DNA from: Desulfatiglandales bacterium
GTDB taxonomy: Bacteria > Desulfobacterota > DSM-4660 > Desulfatiglandales > HGW-15
Length of the DNA stretch: 64,000 bases
Direction of reading: 5' to 3'
Assembly: GCA_963667015.2 (NCBI GenBank)
Contig: CAXXJJ010000004.1
Coordinates: 3,616,001-3,680,000, forward strand
Under the pieces are notes generated by a model, which was given only the letters and a program-made list of their open reading frames with translations, had not been told where the DNA came from and did no database searches. Below, piece by piece: positions 41,367-52,604 of this stretch. The position numbers and the translations under genes are program-made. Position 1 is the first letter of the stretch. Every line of letters starts with the position of its first letter.

Positions 41367-43445
41367 TTACTGCAAAACATGCAGCCTTCTGCCGTGAACG
41401 GTAAGGAGCAAAGGAGATTTTTCAACTTCGCCCCGATCATCAAATGATACATTCCCGGTTACACCTTCATATTCATTATAGCCTAAAAGGGCCTGTTGAA
41501 AATCCGAGCGGGTATTGATTTCACCATCCTGCATCAATTTCTTAATCATCTTTATGGTGTCAAATCCTGTTGCAGCCAGCATTCCCGGGTCTACCCCATA
41601 GGCATCCCTGTAAAGACGAACAAAATCTCTAACAATTTCCGAATCACTGTTAATATAAAAACCAACCGGGAACATGGCACCCTGGATATAATCGGATGTT
41701 GAGCTTATCAATTCATCTGACAGCCACAGGCTCGTCCCGAGAAAAGGCACATTAAATACATTATTAAAAGGGAATTGAGGAGCAATCTGGGCAATATTCT
41801 GGCTGTTATCCGGAATAAATACGGCATCAAAATCTACTATGGGGTCAGTCATCGCCTCTTCTTCTATTACTGCTAAATCATCCGGGTTTTCCGGATCAAG
41901 GGTTCTAACTGACTGCCCTTCAACTGATTCATCAGCAAAAGACATCATATCCTTTTCACCAACCTCTTTGGTTACAGGTGTAGAAATGAAGTTTTCAGGA
42001 AAATCGCTGCTCTCTTCTGCCAGCATATCTGAGAGTTCTTCCACAGGCTCCATATCCGGATTTTCAGGGTCCACGGGCAGCTCTCCGGTAATATCAAATA
42101 TCTTTTTAGCTTTCAGCCTCTCAAATACGGATTCGGGCCGGGGATAAAAGAGCCCCACCATTTTTTTTATGCCATCTGCAAAATCAGTGTCTCCGGATTT
42201 ATAGGATTCAACCGCAGTAATTTCTCCACCCATCTCTTCAATCCGGTCCCAGAAGAGATTCATAAAAAAATACCCATAGGAGGTCTCAGGGTAAAATATC
42301 CCGAACCGTGACATACCCATTTCATTTATGGCCCTGCTGAGAAGAACATCCAGCTCTCTGGAAGGGGTTAAATAGTTTCGAAACACCATATCCCCTTCGT
42401 CTGTAATATCCTGTTTCTGGGTAAGGGTTATAATGGGAACACCATATTCCTGGGCCTTTTTTGCAGCCGCCACGGATGCCGAACTGGAAAGGGGACCGAT
42501 AATTGCTATTACCTTTTCATCAAAAATAAGCTCATCAATAACCGCAAGTGTTTCTTCGGATGAATAGTTTGTATTTTTTATAACCAGTTCAAGATGAGCA
42601 TCCGGATTTGAGTTATTGAAAAGATCCATTCCCAGCTCTATGCCCTTTAACAGTTCTTCACCGTATAATGAAGCCGGTCCCTGCAATGGCAGGAGACAGC
42701 CGATAGTTCTCCTGTTAATGTCGCTGGTTTCATCAATCTTTTTATTAATCCGGGATATTAACTCATGGCCTTTTGCTATAAATTCAGGCTGTTCATTTAT
42801 TTCTGCTGATTGAATAACCTGCCTCGCAAACCTTTTGGCTTCGAGGTAGGCCCCCTTTTCAAGGGCCAGTTCAGACTGCCTGAGGGATATGGAGGGAAGA
42901 AACGGGTCTATGCCGTCAAGCTGCCTTATTTTTTCCAGTTCTTCTTCATCACACTGGCCTATCACATCGATAATATTACCTGATATCATATCCTGGATGC
43001 GTTCGGGTATACCGGAAATCTTTGCGGTTTTCAGAGATACATTCATCCAGAAACAGGCGTCATACATGAGACCGGATGCCCTGCTGGCGTCACCTGCCAG
43101 TTTCTGGACATTGTACTGTTCAGGGCTGTCAGGAAACTCCTTCATCCAGTCTGTTGCCAGGCTAATCGATTTTTTATAGTCGCCAACATAGTAATAGCAA
43201 AATGCCTGATAATATCTGATCATCTGAATCTCAGGATGATCAGGTTCTGCCTTTAATATCCCGTTAAAAGTCCTGAGCGCCGAGTCATATCTTCCTGCAT
43301 CATAGTCTGCGACAGCATCGGAATACCCTGTTAAAGGACTTCCCTGCCTCATCAACTGCCCGCCCTGGCAGGAAAAAAAGAGAAAGGCCATTCCCACCAC
43401 AAGGGTGAGAACAGCCTTTTTTATAAAAGGATTTTTATGATCCAC
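41367..43445 (-). CDS. LpoA-like penicillin-binding protein activator lipoprotein
   Basis: Lipobox FFSC, TPR N-terminus, IGCLLPLQG, IIGPL, FDAVFIPD, GVTG; GTG overlaps the dnaK stop. Confidence 0.75.
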   Translation of the reverse strand: MDHKNPFIKKAVLTLVVGMAFLFFSCQGGQLMRQGSPLTGYSDAVADYDAGRYDSALRTFNGILKAEPDHPEIQMIRYYQAFCYYYVGDYKKSISLATDWMKEFPDSPEQYNVQKLAGDASRASGLMYDACFWMNVSLKTAKISGIPERIQDMISGNIIDVIGQCDEEELEKIRQLDGIDPFLPSISLRQSELALEKGAYLEAKRFARQVIQSAEINEQPEFIAKGHELISRINKKIDETSDINRRTIGCLLPLQGPASLYGEELLKGIELGMDLFNNSNPDAHLELVIKNTNYSSEETLAVIDELIFDEKVIAIIGPLSSSASVAAAKKAQEYGVPIITLTQKQDITDEGDMVFRNYLTPSRELDVLLSRAINEMGMSRFGIFYPETSYGYFFMNLFWDRIEEMGGEITAVESYKSGDTDFADGIKKMVGLFYPRPESVFERLKAKKIFDITGELPVDPENPDMEPVEELSDMLAEESSDFPENFISTPVTKEVGEKDMMSFADESVEGQSVRTLDPENPDDLAVIEEEAMTDPIVDFDAVFIPDNSQNIAQIAPQFPFNNVFNVPFLGTSLWLSDELISSTSDYIQGAMFPVGFYINSDSEIVRDFVRLYRDAYGVDPGMLAATGFDTIKMIKKLMQDGEINTRSDFQQALLGYNEYEGVTGNVSFDDRGEVEKSPLLLTVHGRRLHVLQ

Positions 43446-45367
43446 TAGTTTTTATCCTTGTCTACTTCCTCAAAATCAGCGTCCACTACATCATCATCCT
43501 GTGCCTGGCCGGAGGCTCCGCCGCCCGCAGCATCAGGCCCTGCCTGAGCCTGCTGTTCGGCATTTGCCTTTGCATACATTGCCTCGGCTATCTTATGGGA
43601 TGCCTGGGTAAGCTCTTCGGTAAGACGCTTGATTTCATCCACATTGTCACCTTCCATTGCCTTTTTAAGATCTTCAATGGATTTTTCGATTGCAGCTTTT
43701 GATGTTGCATCGAGATCAGGAGCATCTTCCTTAAGGGATTTTTCGGTTGTATAGATCATACTGTCGGCCATGTTCCTGGCATCAACAAGCTCCCTCTTTT
43801 TCTTGTCTTCATCTGCATGCATCTCCGCATCCTTCACAAGCTGATCTATCTCATCATCGGAAAGGCCGCTTGATGCGGTTATCTTGATTGACTGCTCTTT
43901 ACCGGTGCCCATGTCCTTTGCGGACACGCTTACAATACCGTTTGCATCAATATCAAAGGTAACTTCGATCTGGGGCATTCCCCTTGGAGCCGGTGGAATA
44001 CCGACAAGCTGGAACCTGCCAAGGGTCTTGTTATTTTGGGCCATTTCCCTTTCACCCTGGAGGACATGGATCTCAACCGCAGGCTGATTGTCTGCAGCGG
44101 TGGAGAATACCTGACTCTTTTTGGTAGGGATGGTTGTATTCTTTTCTATCAGCTTTGTAAACACACCACCAAGGGTTTCAATACCCAGGGATAGAGGCGT
44201 TACATCGAGAAGAAGAACGTCTTTAACATCACCCTTTAAAACTCCACCCTGGATTGCAGCGCCAATGGCTACAACTTCATCAGGGTTGACACCCTTGCTG
44301 GGTTCTTTTCCGAATATCTCCTTAACCTTTTCCTGAACCTTGGGCATCCTTGTCATACCGCCCACAAGAATTACATCGTCTATTTCACTCGGACTGAAGC
44401 CTGAATCCTTGATAGCAAGTTTACATGGATTTACGACACGCTGAATCAGGTCATCAACAAGGGCCTCCAGTTTGGATCTTGAAAGCTTGATATTGAGATG
44501 TTTCGGACCGCTGGCATCAGCCGTGATAAAGGGCAGGTTGATATCGGTTTCAGTAGAACCTGAAAGCTCCATCTTGGCCTTTTCCGCCGCTTCCTTAAGT
44601 CTCTGAAGCGCCATCTTATCGGTCTTGAGATCAATTCCCTGATCCTTCTTGAACTCGTCTGCCAGGTAATTAACTATTCTGTTATCAAAATCCTCGCCGC
44701 CTAAGTGTGTATCACCATTGGTTGACTTAACCTCAAATACACCGTCGCCTATTTCAAGTATTGAAATATCAAATGTACCGCCGCCAAGGTCAAATACTGC
44801 GATCTTTTTATCGCCCTTTTTATCAAGTCCATAGGCAAGGGATGCAGCGGTAGGCTCGTTGATTATTCTCTCTACCTTCAGCCCTGCAATTTTACCTGCG
44901 TCTTTTGTTGCCTGTCGCTGGCTGTCATTGAAATATGCCGGGACGGTTATTACTGCTTCCGTAACAGGTTCACCAAGATAATCTTCGGCAGTCTGCTTCA
45001 TTTTCAAAAGAATCATTGATGAAATTTCAGCCGGGCTGTAGTCCTTGTCACGGCATGTCACCTGTGCATCACTGTTTGAGGCCTTTGTTATTTTATAGGG
45101 AAGAATACCGACATCCCTCTGGACATCTGCAGATTCAAATTTTCTTCCGATAAGTCTTTTTACAGCGAAAACCGTATTGTCAGGGTTGGTAACCGCCTGA
45201 CGTTTTGCCACCTGGCCGACAAGTCTTTCATTTTTGTCGGTGAAGGCAACGATTGAAGGTGTAGTCCTGCTACCCTCCTGATTGGCAATAACAACGGGAT
45301 CACCGCCTTCCATAACAGCAACACAAGAATTTGTAGTACCTAGATCAATTCCTATAATTTTTCCCAT
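43445..45367 (-). CDS. dnaK: Chaperone DnaK
   Basis: [25 protein letters not shown]. Confidence 0.98.
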   Translation of the reverse strand: MGKIIGIDLGTTNSCVAVMEGGDPVVIANQEGSRTTPSIVAFTDKNERLVGQVAKRQAVTNPDNTVFAVKRLIGRKFESADVQRDVGILPYKITKASNSDAQVTCRDKDYSPAEISSMILLKMKQTAEDYLGEPVTEAVITVPAYFNDSQRQATKDAGKIAGLKVERIINEPTAASLAYGLDKKGDKKIAVFDLGGGTFDISILEIGDGVFEVKSTNGDTHLGGEDFDNRIVNYLADEFKKDQGIDLKTDKMALQRLKEAAEKAKMELSGSTETDINLPFITADASGPKHLNIKLSRSKLEALVDDLIQRVVNPCKLAIKDSGFSPSEIDDVILVGGMTRMPKVQEKVKEIFGKEPSKGVNPDEVVAIGAAIQGGVLKGDVKDVLLLDVTPLSLGIETLGGVFTKLIEKNTTIPTKKSQVFSTAADNQPAVEIHVLQGEREMAQNNKTLGRFQLVGIPPAPRGMPQIEVTFDIDANGIVSVSAKDMGTGKEQSIKITASSGLSDDEIDQLVKDAEMHADEDKKKRELVDARNMADSMIYTTEKSLKEDAPDLDATSKAAIEKSIEDLKKAMEGDNVDEIKRLTEELTQASHKIAEAMYAKANAEQQAQAGPDAAGGGASGQAQDDDVVDADFEEVDKDKN

Positions 45368-45400
45368 TTTATCCTCCTTATAACCCTTTTACTCAAAATA

Positions 45401-46039
45401 TTATTCTTCACATGCTCCCTGGAAGGTTTCTGTCTGGCCGTTATCATCTGAATTCCCCTTGCTGATAACAACCATAGCAGGTCTTATCAATCTTTGATTG
45501 AGAGTATAGCCCTTCTGGAACTCTTTGATAATTTTTCCCTTTTCAATACTGTCACTCATTGCTTCCTGAACAGCATGGTGAAAACAGGGATCAAAATCCT
45601 CTCCGACGGTCTTAACTTCCTCCAGGCCGGACTTCGCCAAAGTATCTTTAAAACCTTTGAGTGTAAGTTCAACTCCTTCGATCAGAGCATTAAATGAATT
45701 TTCATTTCCGGAATGGTTTATTGCATTTTCAAGGTTATCAATTACCTGCAGCAGGTCCTTGATTAAGGTTTCATTTGAATATTTAACCCATTCCTCTTTT
45801 TCTTTTTTATTTCTTTTTATGATATTATCCATTTCCGCCTGGGAACGGAGATATCTGTCGTAATTTTCCTTGGATTCTTCCTTAAGCTCATCAATTTTCT
45901 TAATCAGATCATCCGTCGACATTTCCTCCAACGGAATTTCTTCTGCTGTTTCCTTTTCGGGATTTATGCTGTCAGGTGTTTCAGGTTCATCTACTTTAAT
46001 ATTAATTTTTTTACTGTTTTCCGAAAATTTTTCATTCAT
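45401..46039 (-). CDS. grpE: Nucleotide exchange factor GrpE
   Basis: FDP..H.A, QKGY.L..RLIRPAMVVI. Confidence 0.95.
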   Translation of the reverse strand: MNEKFSENSKKINIKVDEPETPDSINPEKETAEEIPLEEMSTDDLIKKIDELKEESKENYDRYLRSQAEMDNIIKRNKKEKEEWVKYSNETLIKDLLQVIDNLENAINHSGNENSFNALIEGVELTLKGFKDTLAKSGLEEVKTVGEDFDPCFHHAVQEAMSDSIEKGKIIKEFQKGYTLNQRLIRPAMVVISKGNSDDNGQTETFQGACEE

Positions 46040-46102
46040 CTTTATTAAAACCGACTCCTTATTGAGATCTAATTGAAAGGCTTGGGAAAAACCAGTGTTA
46101 CG

Positions 46103-46132
46103 TTAAGCATCGGGGTTTAGTTTGTCAAGGCG
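46103..46132 (-). promoter_or_regulatory. Putative heat-shock promoter of grpE-dnaK
   Basis: CGCCTTGACA-N15-CTTAA, shared with the clpB upstream region. Confidence 0.6.
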
Positions 46133-46148
46133 GGGGAAGGAAGGACTT

Positions 46149-46868
46149 TTAATTATTTTTAAATTCTTTCCAATAATTTATCAAACCTGTAACGGCTTCA
46201 CCGGTATCTGGTGAAATATCGGTATAATAATCCTTGAATAATGACAGGTTCTCTATTTTTGATTTTATTATCTCTGTAAGGGAGGCAATAAGCAAAGGGG
46301 CAAACTCACCCGTGATACGACGGGTTTCTTCATCATTTTTCCCGGTAGGCTTTATGAACAGGCCGTCAGTGCCCGCCTTTATCATTTGGACGGCATCGTT
46401 AATGAGCGATTTTCTGGTATAAAACACAGCCGGCACACCCGGATACTCGGCCCTTGCACACTTCAGATTATAAAGGCCGTATTTATTGTTCTGGCCGATC
46501 CTTGAGCAGGCCGATTCAAACAGGGTACGCCAGCTATCCACAATAGAAAAAAGTCTTTTCAGGTATTCGTTTGTCCTGTCACCACTGAAGGAATCAAGGT
46601 TCTGATATACATCATCCAGGGTATTAAACCCGGATATCAGTTTATCAAGCTCCTCTTTTGGCGTTACGGCCGGATTTTTGACCTCGGCATCCTGGCCCCA
46701 GAGGTCAAGAAGGAAAAGCCCTGGTATCCGTCCTTCAAGCCTGGACCTTGCCTCATCAAATGTATAGGCCTGAACAAACTTTAATCGTTTTTCAGCGGGG
46801 GCTATTACATTCCTGATCAGGTCATGCTCAAAACCAGAATCATCAATGAAGCATATTATCAGATCCAT
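46149..46868 (-). CDS. Atypical receiver-like domain protein with a long insertion
   Basis: FIDD, LLDLWG, VFYTRK, FIKP receiver landmarks with extra sequence after the Asp. Confidence 0.55.
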   Translation of the reverse strand: MDLIICFIDDSGFEHDLIRNVIAPAEKRLKFVQAYTFDEARSRLEGRIPGLFLLDLWGQDAEVKNPAVTPKEELDKLISGFNTLDDVYQNLDSFSGDRTNEYLKRLFSIVDSWRTLFESACSRIGQNNKYGLYNLKCARAEYPGVPAVFYTRKSLINDAVQMIKAGTDGLFIKPTGKNDEETRRITGEFAPLLIASLTEIIKSKIENLSLFKDYYTDISPDTGEAVTGLINYWKEFKNN

Positions 46869-46874
46869 TTTTCC

Positions 46875-47774
46875 TTAATCCAACCCCTTGCCCGTTAACC
46901 TTTCAAGGGCTTCAAGATACTTTTCACGGGTCTTCTGCACTATCTCTTCCGGCAGAGGAGGCGGCGGTGGAGACTTGGGCCAGTCAAGGCCGTTCAGATA
47001 ATCCCTCAGATACTGCTTGTCAAAACTTTTCTGGGCTCCCCCCGGGTTATATGCGTCCATTGGCCAGAAACGTGATGAATCAGGTGTAAGCACCTCATCT
47101 ATAAGTATAAGTTTATCACCTGCAAAACCGAACTCAAATTTTGTGTCGGCTATGATTATGCCCTTCTCCGCGGCAAACCTGCGTCCGGTCTCGTATATTT
47201 TAAGGCTTATATCCCTGATCTTTTCTGCAGTATCTTTCCCGAGTATTTCGATAACCTTCTCAAATGAGATATTTTCATCGTGTTCGCCCAGCTCAGCCTT
47301 TGTTGAAGGCGTAAAAATCGGCTCCGGCAATATCTCCGATTCCTTCAGGCCTTCCGGCAGAGGAATGCTGCATACGCTTCCGCTCTTTTTATACTCATTC
47401 CAGCCTGAACCTGAAATATACCCCCTTACAATACACTCTACAGTTAAAGGCTCTGCCTTTTTTACCAGCATGCTTCTGCCGGCAAGATCTTTTTTATATT
47501 TTTGGCAGGGTTCAGGATATTCATCGGGATTGGTCGAAATAATATGATTTTCCACAACATCCTTGAGCTTATCAAACCAGAATACGGATATTGCCGTGAG
47601 GATCTTCCCCTTGTCCGGGATGGGATCATCCATTACAACATCAAATGCTGACATGCGGTCGCTTGCCACGATCAGCAGTTTGTCGTCATCTATCTCGTAG
47701 ACATCTCTCACCTTTCCGCGCCTGACTAGATTAAGATCCTGAAAGTCGGATTTCATTACTATATTATCATTCAT
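46875..47774 (-). CDS. purC: SAICAR synthetase
   Basis: [30 protein letters not shown]. Confidence 0.96.
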   Translation of the reverse strand: MNDNIVMKSDFQDLNLVRRGKVRDVYEIDDDKLLIVASDRMSAFDVVMDDPIPDKGKILTAISVFWFDKLKDVVENHIISTNPDEYPEPCQKYKKDLAGRSMLVKKAEPLTVECIVRGYISGSGWNEYKKSGSVCSIPLPEGLKESEILPEPIFTPSTKAELGEHDENISFEKVIEILGKDTAEKIRDISLKIYETGRRFAAEKGIIIADTKFEFGFAGDKLILIDEVLTPDSSRFWPMDAYNPGGAQKSFDKQYLRDYLNGLDWPKSPPPPPLPEEIVQKTREKYLEALERLTGKGLD

Positions 47775-47975
47775 GCTATGCGCCTCCTGTAATGGGGGGT
47801 GTTTTTTTTGAAAAATTAAAAGGAGATATAATTTCTTATTTAAGGTTCAATGTCAAGACAAGTCAATGTCCCTGATGATACTGAAAAAAAATATGCAGAA
47901 GGTTATTGCAGCATATGGCGGGCAGTAACCTTTTAGTGGGCATTCGCTGGCGTTGAACGAATTTTGTCGAAGCAC

Positions 47976-48090
47976 TATGGGGCAGGCCTGTGTGCCTGCC
48001 CAAAATGATCTGGCGATAATCACAGAATTTAATTATCTGCCAGAAAATTACCATAAAAACCGGGCCGACACAGAGGCCGGCCCGGTTTTT
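47976..48090. repeat. Inverted pair of degenerate REP-like palindromes; the second can act as a terminator
   Basis: GGGCAGGCCTGTGTGCCTGCCC versus reverse complement GGGCCGGCCTCTGTGTCGGCCC (18/22 identical). Confidence 0.5.
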
Positions 48091-48139
48091 AATAATATAT
48101 TTCCCTTAAAAATATCCGGAAAATAGAGAAATGCCTTTA

Positions 48140-51100
48140 TTACCTCGCAACGCCCGCACCTTCACCTGAAAAACTGCCGGATGCAGTTCCTGTATAGGTT
48201 CCACCTGCTACGCCACCAAACTCAACATTCGCCGTGCCGGATACATCTGTCCTGTTTATCGTACCGATACCGTGAGAGATATCTGCGGCCCAGTTATTAT
48301 TATCCCATTTTTTAAGGGTGAAATCGGCTGTGATCGAGCTGTCGCCATTGGATAAATAAATATAATCACCAATATAGGGATCAACTGTATAGGTTCCGCT
48401 TATGTTATCCGTTGCCCATATCCGGGCATCCCCCCCTGTCGAGGACGCGAAAAAAGTTACATCGGTCATTGTAATCGACATTGTGCTCCCAGTGCCATTC
48501 AGTGTAGTTCTGCCGATTTCAACAGCCGGAATATTAAGTTCAGCCAAAGTAGCTCTTCCTTCGGTAGTGGATGTCATATCTATATACTGACCGGCCTTCA
48601 GCCACACACCGGAACCTATTGTCTGCCATGTCATTTCGATCGGATCATACGTCCCTTCAAGCTTCCCTGATGAAACACCCACCACAACATCACCCAGATC
48701 AACCCAGACTCCCATAACCTCAGCATCTATTTCATTGCCTGACCATGTTCCGCCTGATACTCCGTATTTTGCTATCATTCCTGTAATATTATCAAATTCA
48801 TCCCACATTTCATGATGAATGTTCATTGTCCAGTCGAATGAAGGGGTTCCGGTATAGGCTCCCCCCAATACGTTCTGCCATACTCCCCAGGGTTCGCCCA
48901 TAATTTTTTTATTGAAAAAATTCCCTCCTCCGGTTTTAAAATAACCGGTTTCTATCCCGCTGCCATCAAAGAAATAGCCATCGTCTCCCGGAGTAGTGTA
49001 GCCACCACCCCAGAAATAATACTCTGTATTCACCACGCTGTCTATCAGGCTAACCGGTGTAACACCGATGGAAGAGTACAGCTGTACAGGATAAATTCCT
49101 CCATCTGCTTCCCACATACCTGATACTTCATCTGCTGACCCGCTGGCAAGCTTACCCATAAGAATTCCTGCATTATTGGCTGGATCTACATATAAGGCGT
49201 ACATATTTCCGCTGACTGATGTTGTTAATACTCCACCGATATATCCGGAGTAGGCACCGGTTACATTGTCAGGATTATAACTTTCTACATCATTGGCAAA
49301 AATAACCGGCTGTCCGGAATTCACATAAAAGGGAACCTCATAAAAACCCAGAAGGGTAATAGCTGCAGGAGCACCCGAAGTAGCAGTCCATGGGTTCCCA
49401 AGCCCGCCCAGGACCCCCTCAAACCAGCCGGTATGAAACATGTCGTAGCTTGTCCACTGATCATGATAATCCCAGGTAACACCGGTATAGGTTGCGGGGT
49501 TATCCCTGAGGGTCTGTAATGGGAACTCGGTTCCCTGACCTGCAGAATAACTTATAAATGCATAACTCGTATGATCATATACCCATTCCTGGCTGTGAAA
49601 GTCTGCTACAGTACCATCAAAATCCAGTGCATTTATTTGCATGTATTTATCCGTATCGTTAACAGAGTCATAAAACTGGTAACCGCCTTCATGGCTAAAC
49701 AGATCATAGTGGTATGAATACTCACTTGCATTGGCGGCGTTATAATACCTGCCGCCCTCTTGAGGTCTCACTAAATATAAACCACCGTCAAGGCTGCTGC
49801 TGAAGAGAAGGTCGTCTGTCTTTTGCCATGCCCCCTGGGAAACAGCTGCCCAGTCGCCTGCTGTGCCGGCAGGTCCAATAAGAGTGCCTTCAATTGTTCC
49901 TGCTTTTGTCATTGTTAAAAATCTGCCGTTTATCAAGTCACCACTTATCCCGTTCGAACTCCACTCACCGTTTGAAATATCAACAAACCATATGCCGCCA
50001 TCACCCTCTCCGAACTCTCCAAACCCGCTGACCGATCCGGACCATGCGCTTGAAACAGCATTTTCATCATATTTTGCATAGCCAAATGTTATCTCGAAAA
50101 TACCCCAGTCACTTCCCGAAATATATAAAGTATTTCCAAAACCATGCCCTTTAATTGTCTCACCGCTCCCAGCGGAAAAATTACCTGAAAGTCTTTCCAC
50201 CTCGAGAAAACCTTCGCCAATACTTGTAAGGAAATTATCATTGGTGATTGTTCTGGGATCGGTTGAATATACAGAGGGATAGATGGTTCCTGCAGCACTC
50301 CAGCCGCCGGCAGTATCGACTGTTCCGGTAAAATCACTCATCAGTATTCCCAGTTCAGTCCCTTCCGGATTAATGTACAGGGCATTAAGAAAGCCGGTTG
50401 CATCATCAGCCTTTCCGCTGAAAAAACCTGAAAATGTCCCGCCATCTGTAAATGAACCTGATAGCGGTGACTTAAACAGATATAGAGAGTCTCCGGACCA
50501 GGTATACTGACCCGATAGAGATATGTTCAATGGAACCGATTGAGTCGCACTCCACAACTCAAGGGAAATGCCCTGAATTTCTCCTGTAAAGCTTCCAATT
50601 CCTGTAACCATAGATGCTGCAAATTCATTCATGTATCGCACATAATAACCGGCAGGGGGAGTAGCAATGGATGCCAGGTCAGACTGGCCCCAGGTGCTTT
50701 CTGTAATAACGGGCATAAAATCACCATCAGTTTCAATCTCTGTCAGGAGAACGCCATCAGGCAGATAACTATACATGGTCCATGTGCCCGTGTCCGAATC
50801 TTCCTCTTCTGCGAATCCTCTTAAATATGTACCATCATTCGCTCGAAAATAGTCATACTCGTAGATTGACCCTTCAATTCTGCCGGTATAGCCGGTCCTA
50901 AAAGGATCTTCGGAACGGGGCAGTACATGCTCGCCTTCAACATGAGTTCCTGATGTAATGCCCATTAATTTACCTGATATTGCCACTGTTGGTGCTGGGT
51001 CTGTTGGTATTGGATCCGTTGGTGTCGGGTCCGTGGGTGTTGGATCCGTCGGAGTCGGGTCTGTTGGTACCGGGTCCGTAGGCGTTGGGTCCGTTGTGGA

Positions 51101-52366
51101 ATCCGAGTCTTGTGATGTCGTCAAAAGATCTACTATTGCTGAATATGCATCATCGCAATCTTCTCCTTCAGGACAATCTCCGTCTCCGGCATCCTGGAGT
51201 AATATTTCAGGGCCATCATTCGAACCCAGAGTAGCATCCTCCTGATCTGCTGGAACTGTCGGTTCCATATTCGAATCAGTGTTTTCTGATTGATCATCTG
51301 CAAGCGCGGTATCTATAAAGGCATCACCAGTATCAAGTCCATCAATACCTCCATCATCGATACCACTTTCTGATGATCCGGCATCAATAGAAACAAAACC
51401 TGAATCTCCTGTCGCAGAACCTCCTTCGGCCGTACCAGTATCAGTTGAATCCGATCCGGATTCAACCTGTTCTGTCCCGCTGTCAGCCATTTCAGTGCCG
51501 GAATCACTGACTTCTGAGGCTTCAGCCTCATCTCCGGCAGAGGATCCTTCATCTGCAGTATCAGAAGTCTCTTCACCAACAGATTCACTGTCTCCTTCTT
51601 CAGTATCGCCTTCCTCAGCTATTCCTTCATCGTCTCCAGCACCTTCTTCTTCCTTGACACTCTCACCTTCATCCCCGCCGTCATCCATTTGTCCGGAACT
51701 GTCCTCTTCATCAATACTTTCGCCTTCTTCCTCAGCAGGAGTTGTCTCTCCTTCCAGCCGGTTAATTTCAGCCGTGGAGGATGTTCTCAGCACAGGAGGG
51801 GCATTTGAGTCCGGTATTACCATGGACTGACCTGCCTGGACCTCAATCATATTTTCCGGCTGGTTTCTGTTATATCCGTAGCCAAATCCTTCCTTAAAAG
51901 TTGCCCCGCTGACGCCCTTTTCATAGGTCATAAAAAAATCGGTCCCTCTTACACCACAGACTGATGTAGGCGTATGGACCTCATACCGGTTTTCATCATC
52001 GCCAAATATGCTTCCCAGCAACTTTTTTACCTTGTTCTGTATTTTTCCTCTGAACAGGTTCAAAATTGTGCTTCTTTTACTGGAGTCGCTGATATATTCC
52101 GAGACCTCAACCCTTGTTCTCTGGGCGAGCCTCAGTACATTTCCGTCCCGAAAAAGGATCTCGGCCTTTGAATCACTTTTTGACCTTATTATATCCTTTT
52201 CAAAGATTTCGGTCCCCACATTTACCAGCTCAGCCGGTTCTCCCGGCCTGGTAATATCAACGCGGCCCTCTACTTTAACAAATTTTCCGACTGCATCTGC
52301 ATAGACAGCCTGCGATGTCACAGCGGAAAGCAATAGGATTAAAATTCCGGTAATTATTTTTCTCAT
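48140..52366 (-). CDS. Large secreted FecR-domain protein with acidic linker and beta-rich C-terminal repeats
   Basis: Signal peptide, EVHTPTSVCGVRGTDF, long D/E-rich linker, TDPxP repeats, Gly/Ser/Thr-rich beta domains. Confidence 0.8.
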   Translation of the reverse strand: MRKIITGILILLLSAVTSQAVYADAVGKFVKVEGRVDITRPGEPAELVNVGTEIFEKDIIRSKSDSKAEILFRDGNVLRLAQRTRVEVSEYISDSSKRSTILNLFRGKIQNKVKKLLGSIFGDDENRYEVHTPTSVCGVRGTDFFMTYEKGVSGATFKEGFGYGYNRNQPENMIEVQAGQSMVIPDSNAPPVLRTSSTAEINRLEGETTPAEEEGESIDEEDSSGQMDDGGDEGESVKEEEGAGDDEGIAEEGDTEEGDSESVGEETSDTADEGSSAGDEAEASEVSDSGTEMADSGTEQVESGSDSTDTGTAEGGSATGDSGFVSIDAGSSESGIDDGGIDGLDTGDAFIDTALADDQSENTDSNMEPTVPADQEDATLGSNDGPEILLQDAGDGDCPEGEDCDDAYSAIVDLLTTSQDSDSTTDPTPTDPVPTDPTPTDPTPTDPTPTDPIPTDPAPTVAISGKLMGITSGTHVEGEHVLPRSEDPFRTGYTGRIEGSIYEYDYFRANDGTYLRGFAEEEDSDTGTWTMYSYLPDGVLLTEIETDGDFMPVITESTWGQSDLASIATPPAGYYVRYMNEFAASMVTGIGSFTGEIQGISLELWSATQSVPLNISLSGQYTWSGDSLYLFKSPLSGSFTDGGTFSGFFSGKADDATGFLNALYINPEGTELGILMSDFTGTVDTAGGWSAAGTIYPSVYSTDPRTITNDNFLTSIGEGFLEVERLSGNFSAGSGETIKGHGFGNTLYISGSDWGIFEITFGYAKYDENAVSSAWSGSVSGFGEFGEGDGGIWFVDISNGEWSSNGISGDLINGRFLTMTKAGTIEGTLIGPAGTAGDWAAVSQGAWQKTDDLLFSSSLDGGLYLVRPQEGGRYYNAANASEYSYHYDLFSHEGGYQFYDSVNDTDKYMQINALDFDGTVADFHSQEWVYDHTSYAFISYSAGQGTEFPLQTLRDNPATYTGVTWDYHDQWTSYDMFHTGWFEGVLGGLGNPWTATSGAPAAITLLGFYEVPFYVNSGQPVIFANDVESYNPDNVTGAYSGYIGGVLTTSVSGNMYALYVDPANNAGILMGKLASGSADEVSGMWEADGGIYPVQLYSSIGVTPVSLIDSVVNTEYYFWGGGYTTPGDDGYFFDGSGIETGYFKTGGGNFFNKKIMGEPWGVWQNVLGGAYTGTPSFDWTMNIHHEMWDEFDNITGMIAKYGVSGGTWSGNEIDAEVMGVWVDLGDVVVGVSSGKLEGTYDPIEMTWQTIGSGVWLKAGQYIDMTSTTEGRATLAELNIPAVEIGRTTLNGTGSTMSITMTDVTFFASSTGGDARIWATDNISGTYTVDPYIGDYIYLSNGDSSITADFTLKKWDNNNWAADISHGIGTINRTDVSGTANVEFGGVAGGTYTGTASGSFSGEGAGVAR
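50991..51095 (-). repeat. Coding 15-bp tandem repeat, (TDPxP)x7
   Basis: TDPTPTDPVPTDPTPTDPTPTDPTPTDPIPTDPAP. Confidence 0.85.
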
Positions 52367-52604
52367 TTTATCCCTCGACAGTAATACCTGTAATGTAACT
52401 TTTGACCGGAATAACCAATAGTTATATTGACTATCCTGAAGGTCGAAAAGGCACTTTTATTCACTCCCCTCTCTGTCTGAAATCGACAATTTATGGAAAA
52501 TACTTTAATTTTTCAGGGATAATAATAACCGGATGGAAAAATCATTGTTCTTTAAAGAGTGTTCGTCCGGAAAAAGAAGATTCCCAGATAAACACGGACA
52601 TAAA

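Noticed and set aside
46040..46148. CIRCE element before grpE
   Set aside because: No TTAGCACTC-N9-GAGTGCTAA match here or before clpB.
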